A stretch of DNA of 15,909 bases from Azolla caroliniana. Its lineage: Eukaryota; Plantae; Polypodiophyta. The stretch lies in NCBI GenBank assembly GCA_043228905.1, contig JBHGNT010000772.1:1-15909 (forward strand). The letters are read 5' to 3'. Positions 1-9,358 of this stretch are shown here, in pieces. Both the position numbers and the translations under genes were made by a program. Position 1 is the stretch's first letter, and every line of letters starts with the position of its first letter. Under the pieces are notes generated by a model. The model made no database searches, had not been told where the DNA came from, and worked only from the letters and a program-made list of their open reading frames with translations.

Positions 1-60
1 CAAAACTATTGAATGTGCATATATTTGTGGGAAGCTTAAATTGAATATTATCAATGAGGG

Positions 61-474
61 TGTTACATATTAGAAACCACCTAAAGATGTCTCCTTGGCC
101 AAGGTATAATGATGTTAACTTGCAAGAATACATGGGGAAGCACAGGCATGCAACAAAGTGCATGATGAAGGAAGAACATATACTTATTAGCAACGTTAAA
201 ATGTTAAATGGTATTGCAATCTGAAGGTTTGGTACTAGAGTGATCGTTGATGTTGATCCTAAGTGAGCAGAAAAGTGGACATAATTAATCAAATCATGAG
301 AACTAGATTAATCTCTTCTCATATAACCATCAACATAGTTATTTATATCTTAGTTAATTATTATTAAGCTATTATCGTATCAAGTAATTGTGTTCTATTA
401 GTCTACACACTTATTAATTCTCCTTGTTAATACACAATCTTCTTGGGTACTTCATTTTATTTTTGTCTATCTTG

Positions 475-540
<66 letters not shown>

Positions 541-606
541 CGCACACACACAACACACATCTCTAACCTATTCCATTGCACAAAATCATACCATCGATTC
601 TTTACA
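61..606 (+). mobile_element. 5' LTR of copia element A (3' end firm, 5' end tentative)
   Basis: Ends ...ATTCTTTACA at 606 directly before the PBS, like the ...ATTCTTTTACA end of element B's LTR. The start is placed at TGTTACA (61), which follows purine-rich ATGAGGG. There is no second LTR copy to confirm the 5' boundary. Confidence 0.6.
479..560. repeat. (CT)n microsatellite followed by a (CA)n-like tract, inside LTR A
   Basis: About 60 bp of TC repeats with one extra T, then CACGCACACACAACACAC. Confidence 0.95.
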
Positions 607-618
607 TGGTATCAGAGC
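607..618 (+). other. Primer binding site (tRNA-iMet) of copia element A
   Basis: TGGTATCAGAGC, the canonical plant iMet PBS, immediately after the LTR terminal CA. Confidence 0.95.
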
Positions 619-766
619 GCATTAGTAGCTCGATCTAGTCCATCCACATGTGTTTTGTCTATGCCAATGATTCAAGAAGAATTGGCTCATCGTTATCGTA
701 GTGCCACTACATAGCTCGTGTTCAAGATAGAAGGAAAAGAAGAAGAAAGAAATATTCATCAACATA

Positions 767-3700
767 ATGAATACTCAAATGGGGAGCGCTCTCCCCGGCG
801 AGAAGTTGGATAGAAATAACTTTGCATCTTGTCGGCCAAGGCTATTAGAGCTACATCAAAGGAGCACAAGAAAATCGACCCGATCCAACGACTCTTGAAT
901 ACTCAACATGGGAGCAAGTCGCAAGCCGAGTGATGTATTGCTTGGCGACATGTGTCCCATGACCACATGCTTGGCTACATTTAGGAAGCCAAGACCCCAA
1001 AAGAAGCTTGGGAGAATCTCAAGAAGATATTTGCCGCCAATACAAGGCACAAAGATTCAACTCCACCAAGAGTTGAATAACGTTCAACAAAAGGATATGT
1101 CCATCACAAGCTACACCTCGAAGATCAAGGGAGCTTTGTGACTCTCTCGGCTCAATAAGTGTCAACGTGGAGGATGATGAGATGGTGCAAATATGCCTCG
1201 ACGGCCTCGCACCACTAGATTGAATCGTCATTCTAGCAAGGGAGAATCCTCCCTCTTTCTTCGATCTTCAATCAATGTTGTTGGTTGAAGAAAACCATGT
1301 TCGAATAAGGTGCACCGCCTCGGAAGGCCACATGCTCTACTCACACTCGGATGGAGGAAGAGGACGCGGTCGGACAAGAAGAGGCTGATTCGGCCAAGGA
1401 CGAGGCGGACGAGGTCCGACTTATGAAAACAACTCCCGATTTTGGAAACAAGACGAAAGAAGGGGGAGCTTCCATTCTAGTTCGAGCTGACAAAACTCGG
1501 CCACCATGAGAGAAGAGTGCTTGAAGAAGAAGCATGAGTCAGCTTCCACAAGTCGACAACTCACCAATTACACCACCAACTCCGACTATTAGGATCACGG
1601 TGGAATGTTTGTGTGATGACATAGAGTAAATTCTATGTCGGCCTCTATTTCAACTAGTGCCTCCGATCGAAAGATGTATGGTTCGTCGACTCCAGTGCCT
1701 CAAACCATATGATGTCTCATCAAGAATGGTTCCAAGACTTACGAGAGCCAGATCGACCCGGCTATGTCGAAACCGGAGACGACACTATTCATCCAATTTG
1801 ACATATCAGTAATGTCCCATTTGGCAAAGAAAGTAACCAAATATACATTAATAATGTCTTGCATGTACCAACCATCACGAGATTTTGGTCTCAATCAGCC
1901 AAATTGTTGAGCAAGGGATCCAAGTTCGATTCAACCAAGGTGGTTGCTTCATCAAAAAAGAGGGGCCGACTCATCACTCACGGATGAAGAGAAGGTCGAA
2001 TGTTCATTCTCGATTCGCTTGAGATGAAATCGGCCATGTTTGCAAAGGGCCACCAAAGCCAACACCGACATAGAACTATGGCACAAGTGGATTGGCTACA
2101 TCAACCTCAATAAACTCAAGGTGATGCAATTGAAAGGAGTTGTCATCAGGCTCCCGACCTTCAAAGAGAAAGAGATTAAAGGCGTATGTGCAGCCTGCCA
2201 ATTTGGCAAGAAACATCGGCACCCTTTCCTGAAAGAGAGGAACGTGAGCAAAGGCCTACTCAATGTAATTCATTTTGATGTATGGGGAGCGGCTCAGACG
2301 GCAACATTCGGAGGATGATGATACTATGTCACATTTATCAATGATTTCTCCAGGCACACTTGGATCTACCCCATGCGGCAAAAGAGCGAAATGTTTAGAC
2401 ACTTCCAAAAATTCAAGAGTGGAGTCGAAAAGGAAATAGGTCGACATGTACGATGTCTTCAATCAAATGGAGGCAAGGAATACTTCTCTTGAACCCGACC
2501 TGACTCCTCCCAAACCATCTACGAACGACCTCGACAACACAGAAGATGATGATCAACTAAGGTCAATACCCGAGGAAAGTCTTATCTCAACTAGATTGAG
2601 CGGACCACAAGATGTCTTCAAGCGAGCAAAGCACATCTCAACCAAGTTCGAAGATGGACAAAGGCAAGGCCAAAATGCCGGAATATGAAGATGATGAATC
2701 CAACAACAACAAATCGACTCACTCATTCGATAGTGAGCTCGGTGGCTTTGATGTGCCTCTTATGAGGTCACATTGGCGAATGAGAAACTTCGTCGCTCCA
2801 CCTGAGAGAAGAATCTGGTTAGCTGATTTGGCTACAACGACTATATGGCATACCACTATGCCGTTATGATGAAGGTGGCGACAGTTCAAGAATGGGAAAT
2901 TTTTCCGAAATAGCCAAGGATCCACGATGGGTTGAAGCAATGAATGAGGATATGCAAGCACTATGCAAGAAAGAGACATGGGATCTCGTTCTCCACTCAC
3001 CATAAAAAAAGCAATCAGTTGTAGATGGATTTACAAGGTTGGAAGTATAATGCTGAAGGCTCTCTCAACTGCTACAAAGCTCGACTCATAGAGAAAGGAT
3101 ACACATAAATACATGGAGTCAACTATGAAGAACCGTGATAGCACTTGCAGTGGCAAAAGGGTGGCACCTCCACCAGATGGACGTCAAGAACACCTTTCTT
3201 CAAGGCGAATTAGAAGAGTAGGTCTACATGGTACAACCACCTGGCTTCAAATCAAGCACCCATTCGAAAGCAGTCTGCCGACTAAAGAAGCCACTCTATG
3301 GCCTCAAACAAGCACCTAGAGCTTGGCATTCCAAGATCACTGAGTATCTTCATCAAATCAGCTTCCGAACGTCGAAATCCGACAACTCCCTCTACATAAG
3401 AAGTGATTCTGGAAGCCTGATTGTCATCATCCTATATGTGGATGATTTGGTCATTGGAGGTGAAAATCTAGTCGACATCAACAAGGTCAAGTCCCTCCTC
3501 TCCAACAAATTCGAGATGATGTACATGAAGGAGCTCCATTACTTCCTTGGCATCGAGGTAATTCAGACTCCAAACGACATTATGATCTCTCAAGGACACT
3601 ACATCATTAATTTGTTATACATGTTCGGGATGACTCAGTGTAAATCTATGGCAACCCGTCTTGATCAAAACCTCAAACTGGATGTCGACTCTGGCACAAA

Positions 3701-4326
3701 AGAGTGTGAGCCGACTCAGTATCGAATCTCAACAACCGATTAGGAGCCTCATCTATCTCACGATCACTCGATCCGACCTCAGCTATCAGGTTGGCCTCCT
3801 TAGCCAATTCATGCAAAAACCACATGACATTCACTTGGATTGCGCTAAGCGAGTATTACGATATGTGAGCTGCACAATGGATTGTGGCATTCTCTACAAA
3901 TGGGCCACACCAATTTGACTCGAGGGATACACAAATGCCGATTGGGCCAGCTATAGAGCCGACTGACGATCAACCTCCGGATTTGTTTTCTCCATCGGCA
4001 GTGGAGCAATATCCTGGAGTAGCAAGGAGTTGCCACCCGTCACTCTTTCGAGCATAGAGGCTGAATACAGGGGCACAATTGTGGCTGCATGTGAAGCCAT
4101 TTGTTTGAAGCAAATCCTGAAGGATCTGGGTGTTCCCATCAAGGATCTGACTCCCCTTTACTGCAACAACATGAGCAGTATTTATCTGGCTTGGAACTCG
4201 GTGTTCCATGCACACACAAAGCATATTGAAGTGCACTATCACTTCATCTAAGAGCGCGTTCAGGCTAGAGATGTCTACCTTCAACACATCAACACGAATC
4301 TTTAGACAATTGACAACTTCACCAAA
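767..4326 (+). mobile_element. Ty1/copia element A, degenerate gag-pol (gag, protease, integrase, RT, RNase H)
   Basis: Gag MNTQMGSALPGEKLDRNNFAS from 767, later PPSFFDLQSMLLVEENH. Protease VWFVDSSASNHM near 1675-1710. Pre-integrase LWHKWIGYIN..CAACQFGK. Integrase IHFDVWG..GGKEYFS. RT HQMDVKN, KKPLYGLKQAPRAW and YVDD (3435-3446). RNase H YTNADWA, SSIEAEY, KHIEVHYHFI, DNFTK. The PR-INT-RT-RH order defines copia. Many stops, frameshifts and deletions. Confidence 0.95.
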
Positions 4327-4594
4327 GATTTTCGCCACAAGTACCTCAACCCGGAAGCTACAGCTTCAGCAAGAACTGAACAATATCCGATAGAAGGATA
4401 CGTCAATTTTAGACTACACTGCAAAAATAAAGTAGATTTGCGACTCATTAGGGTCCATTGACGTCACGATAGACGAGGATGAAATGGTGTAAATCTACCT
4501 CGGTGGTCTGGCTCAAAGGTACGGGCCCATCCAGACCGCTATCCTCACCCGGGAGAAGCCACCATCCTTTTTTGACCTGCAATCGATGCTCATG
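4325..4594 (+). mobile_element. Isolated copia gag fragment (third copy of the same lineage)
   Basis: KIFATSTSTRKLQLQQELNNIR*KDTSILDYTAKIK..CDSLGSIDVTIDEDEMV*IYLGGLAQRYGPIQTAILTREKPPSFFDLQSMLM, homologous to gag of A (about 1020-1285) and B (about 7040-7320). Confidence 0.9.
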
Positions 4595-7500
4595 CGGACA
4601 ATCGTCATCTTCGTGATCGGCGCAAAGGTCTCATCGTAGTCGATGTCGTGCTGTTGTGCGTAGCCCTTGGCCACTAACCGGGCCTTGTATCAGTTGATTG
4701 AGCCATCGACATTGTATTTCACCTTGTATACCCATCGACAACCAATCGGATTCGCTCCTTTTGGTACGTCAACTAAATCCCATGTCTCGTTTTCCGTGAA
4801 TGCGTGCATCTCTTCCTATGTGCGGCACACCAAATTGCATCCTTTGTCGTCTCTACGTAGCTCTCCGATCACACACTACCGCCACTTTCGTCATGTACGC
4901 ATAGCGATGCGCCATATACTCATTATACTCGTACCTCTTCACGGGATTCTTCTGGCGGGTGGATCGGTGCAATTCCTAATTCGCCGATTTTGCGGCCTTC
5001 TTAGCTGACTTTGACCTTGTTCTCAGAGTTTCCTTTTCATTTGAGTTGGAGTCGGAATCAATCCAATCTGACTCAGCTTTGCCAATGTCATACTCAGGGG
5101 TCTTCTTCTTCCCCTTCTCTTTGCGCATGAACCGTCTCCTCAGTTCCTTGTGCAGGGAGAGCATGACCGAGTCTTTATTACTCGCCGACTCATCATCCGG
5201 TCGACCACTCCGACTCAACCAATCTGGTTTCGGTCCACTCATCCGGAGAGAAGTTGGACTATCCGACGGTCGGAGTCCACGATGCTTCTCTCTCTTCCGG
5301 ATTCTACTGGATCATAAATACCAATCGGCTTGGGCTCAGGTGGAAAGAAGTACTAGGATGCTAATTCATCGAAAATGACATCTCGGCTAACTCGAACCGC
5401 TTTCGATCAAGAGTTATAACACTTATAACCCTTTTGTTCATCCGAGTAACCAACAATAATGCACTTTTCATCTTTCGCGTCTAAATTCCTCCATTTTTCC
5501 ATCAGTAGATGCACATATGCAATGCTACCGAACACCCGAAGGTGTGCCAAATTCGGCTTCTGCTCGAAGTACAGTTCGTGTTGCGACAACTTTGTCCCTG
5601 AGGTAGATATCCGATTCTGGATGTAGCGGTTGTCCGAATTGCTTCGGCCCAATAAAACTTTGGCATGCTTTTCTCTTCAAGCATCGCCCTTGCGGCTTCT
5701 ACTAGCGTCTTATTCTTATGCTCGGCCATGCCATTTTGCTCTGGCGTGTATCTACAAGAGAACTCCCGTCGGATTCCCTTCATCTATAGATAACTTGTGA
5801 AATGACCGGAAAAGTATTCTTTTCCGCCATTTGACTTCAAACACTTGATCTTTCTTCCGGTTTCTCACTCAACAAGATTTTTCAGGTCCTAGAAGCATGA
5901 GAAGGTTTCCCTCTTCTTCCCGATTAAATAGATCCAAGTGTGTTGTTTGAAATCGTCAATGATGGAGATGATATACCAACTCCCGTCGATACTCACATTT
6001 TGTGCCGGTCCCCATACATCCAAATGGATGAGATCGAGCCGATTCCAGCTTTGATTCTTCTCATTGGGGAATGGAAGCCTATTCTGCTTCCCGAGCTGGC
6101 AAGCTTCACATATTTGGCCTTTCCGGCCACTGAATTTTGGTAGTCCAGAAACCACATGTTTTGACTGGAGCTCGTGAAGCTTCTAGAAGTTGATGTGGCC
6201 GATCCACTTGTGCCACAGGTTGATGTCCGACTCGACCTTCTGTCCTTTTGCAAACATAACGGTGCCAACATCATTCATTTCGAGGATAAACAACCTCCCA
6301 TCTCAGTGCCCTTGGCGATGACTTTGCCGTCTTCTTCGATGAAACACCCGAGGTGTGTGAACCAAACCTACATCCCTTGATCAACAATCTATCCGACTGG
6401 CACAAGATTCTTTGTGATTATCGGGATGTGCGGGACGTTCATCAACCTTCTGCCCAACATGGTTGAGAGGGACCTCATCAATGTGCCCGATAGTATAAGG
6501 AGTGTCGTCTCAGGTTTTTCAGGAATGAAAACCATTCTTTGTGGCTCGTCATATGGTTCGACACCCCGGAGTCTACATACCACACTTCCTTTGAATCGGA
6601 AGTGGTCTTCTTCATCAAATTAGCCTTGTGTTTCAGCACAAAGACTGGGCCTGTTCCATTTCCGGAATCTGATCTCTCCGGTTCTTCGGCGTAGCGCGAG
6701 CTTTGTCGGGTTTTGTGTCCAGCATTGCCGGATCCGGATTTATCTGAATCGGCACACTTCTTCTAGCACTCGCTCTTTGTGTGGTCCTTCTGGCCACAAT
6801 ACCAATAGTCCATTGCGGTCTTCTCTTGTCAGCTCTCGGCACCGCCTTAACTCCCCCTACTTGTGGAGGGTCCGGAATTATTGTCGGCACCATCTTTGTG
6901 CCTTTGGTTCTGCTCTTGTCCGCCGCTTCCACCGTGTGCCGATCCGCCTCATCCGCCACGACCACAGGGCCTCTCTGCCTCCATTTACAACATCTTGTTG
7001 TCTGTTTGCGTACTCATTGAAGCACCCACGTGGTTCTCCTCAACTAGGAGCATCAATTGTAAGTAAAAAAACAAGGGCGTATTCTCCCTTGTACAGACCG
7101 CCATCCGGAATGCTGCGAATGCGACTCCAGGCCCCCAAGACAAACCTACACCATCTCATCTTCCTCAATAGTCACATTGATGGAGGCAAGTGGGTCGCAT
7201 ATCTCTTTGATCCATGCCATGTAGTTGGCCACCAACATGTCCTTCTGTAGGACATTGCTCAACTCCTGTCAGAGTTGCAGCTTCCGGGCTGTGGTGTTTG
7301 CGGCAAAAACCTTTTTTCAGGTTTCCCCAAGCTTCCTTCAGCGTCTTGGCATCCTGGATATGGCTCAATAACTGGTCGCCGACATTGGATGCAAAGCAGT
7401 ACATGACTTTGCTTGCCACTTGTTCCCAAGCTGGGAAGTCCTTGTGTACCGCATTAGGTGCTGTATCATTGGCTGTGTTGACATAACTCCAGTAACCATG

Positions 7501-7596
7501 CCCGAGCAGGCATTGGTGCATCTTGTACGACCAAGATGAGTAGTTGGATTTGTCGAGCTTCTCCGACGGGAGTGAGCTAGCCATTCCTTGGTTCAT
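4595..7596 (-). mobile_element. Ty1/copia element B, degenerate gag-pol truncated early in RT
   Basis: Gag MNQGMASSLPSEKLDKSNYSSWSYKMHQ (ATG 7596). Decayed zinc knuckle YWYCGQKDHTKSEC near 6765-6810. Protease VWYVDSGVSNHM near 6550-6585. CEACQLGKQ, IHLDVWGP, YTPEQNGMAEHKN, KFYWAEA, LRVFGSIAYVH, VGYSDEQKGYKCY. RT YKARLVAKGYAQQHDIDYDETFAP ending near 4595. Confidence 0.95.
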
Positions 7597-7680
7597 ATTC
7601 TTCTTCTGTATGTTCTTTACCGGATATTAGGGTTTGTCTTCGGAAAACGCTCGTTAGCTGTAGAGGTACTCGACCCTTGC

Positions 7681-7692
7681 GCTCTGCTACCA
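7681..7692 (-). other. Primer binding site (tRNA-iMet, one mismatch) of copia element B
   Basis: Minus strand TGGTAGCAGAGC directly after the LTR end ...CTTTTACA. Confidence 0.9.
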
Positions 7693-8096
7693 TGTAAAAG
7701 AATATGATTGCGGAAGCTAAGAAAAAACCGGCTCTACCGGATAACAACAGAGTATAAACACAGGTTTAATGGAAACCTTACACATAGAGTACACGGGAGA
7801 GATAGAGTTAGAGCAGAACATAGAAACGTGTATATTCAAAAAAACTAAAACACTCTCTACATACAATATGCTCAACAACACTATTTATACAAGTCCTTTA
7901 AAGGATTGACAAGTACTTCAATGCTCGTACTGAGCCACTAACACTAACTACGAGAACAATAACTACCTAGTAGTCTAGAAGCATAAGTCTCTAACGGCCT
8001 ACTGGTTCACACGCGAATCCAACTCTCCGATCCGGATATGATCTAGCTTTGGCTTATTCAGTCGATCCGGATCTGGTTGAGCTTGTTCGCTCAACA
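7693..8096 (-). mobile_element. 5' LTR of copia element B (about 404 bp)
   Basis: Minus strand TGTTGAG...CTTTTACA, with TG..CA termini. Internal TATAAATA. Duplicated CGATCCGGAT (plus strand 8028-8037 and 8063-8072) in the U3-like part. The 8096 boundary is inferred from the terminal motif and a composition shift. Confidence 0.75.
7882..7889 (-). promoter_or_regulatory. TATA box of LTR B
   Basis: TATAAATA on the minus strand, in the middle of the LTR and upstream of PBS/gag. Confidence 0.6.
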
Positions 8097-8413
8097 TAAC
8101 CTAATTTCATTCAGCGTGAGAATGAAGATCTTCTTGAAAAGGACCAAAAGGAAGTGGTGTGAACTCGCCCACATTGTTTTGCTCCTATTTAGAGTAATCA
8201 CATTATTAATGCCCTCTTAATAGAATCTCAGCAATGCAATAAAGGATTGTATGATAGGATTGTGCCATAATATATGATAAGATTCATGTTAATGTATAGA
8301 AGTGTAAACCATGGAATACAAATGTTGAAGCAATACTATGCACATGCTTGATAAAACATCATCACTCTTGATCAACAAACATAAAAATAAATATTGAGAA
8401 AATATGAAATAAT

Positions 8414-8477
8414 TGAATCATTACATAAATAATGACAAGTACGTCAAGGTTATTACAATGAATCATTACATAAATAA
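8414..8477. repeat. 19-bp perfect direct repeat, 45-bp spacing
   Basis: TGAATCATTACATAAATAA at 8414-8432 and 8459-8477. Confidence 0.9.
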
Positions 8478-9316
8478 AGCTATGACATGATGCTTATTTA
8501 GTTGGTGTTGTTGAAATTTAAAGAAGTGAAAGTATTTGACACAATTCTTTGCTTTATGGAAAATACAAACAAAGTAGAAGTTAGAGTCTTGCTTTCTATT
8601 GATAGATAGTGTATGTGATTGGTGCTCAATTTAACAATATTCACCTTATATATGCAAGGCAAAGATAGTGCAAAATTGGTAAAGTGTTCATTCAAAAGTA
8701 GAATACTGACAAGCTCTTTTTGTATGAATCATGATAAGATATGAATGTCGTCAAATATAACCTTTCATATGTCTACTAGGTGAAAGGAATAAGGGAGAAA
8801 AGTTGAGCTAACTTTTAAAACGACACCCCTCAAACATTATTGTCGGTGAATACCCACCTCCACTCGATGTACCAACCAATCAAAGACATCAAAATAGTCC
8901 AAATATGTAGATGAATGGTTGCAACGTACACAGGAATGTTGATGTGTGACATGTGAAGCAACATTTGAAAAAGATGTTGCTCTTCATGAATGAAAATTAC
9001 TTGGTTTACCGGAGCGCTTTATTCCACTCAAAGAATAATTGAGAGGCTTGAAATTCCAAACCAACCAACCATGGAAGGGGAAGGATTTGGGGCACAAAGT
9101 GTGTGTGGGTGTGGTTCTTTGGATTACCAATCTTCATCGCCAAATTATTACTAATACGATCAAATCATCCACACATATTAATAATTAGATAGACAGACAC
9201 ATCCATCGATAGATAGAGATACACAGAGATTCTCGCCCAATTACACTCTCGTATCATCACCATCCACACGCAGCACGCACACACACACGTACACACACAT
9301 ATGCGCAGAGAGCAAC

Positions 9317-9358
9317 ATGCGACGCCATGGCTGGCAGCTCCCTTACCATCCGCTACAG
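9317..9358 (+). CDS. PAT22: PAT22-like exon 1 ([14 protein letters not shown])
   Basis: ATG in AACATGC context; donor CAG/GTATCT at 9359. Confidence 0.9.

Noticed and set aside
424-714. ORFs with SLSLSL runs (96 aa and 60 aa)
   Set aside because: Translations of the (CT)n microsatellite inside the LTR.
4667-7486. Plus-strand ORFs (4667-5008, 5046-5378, 6777-7250 and others)
   Set aside because: Antisense shadows of element B's gag-pol with no independent motifs.
8414-8477. CRISPR-like repeat-spacer-repeat
   Set aside because: Only two AT-rich copies, a eukaryotic intron-containing context, and no cas genes.
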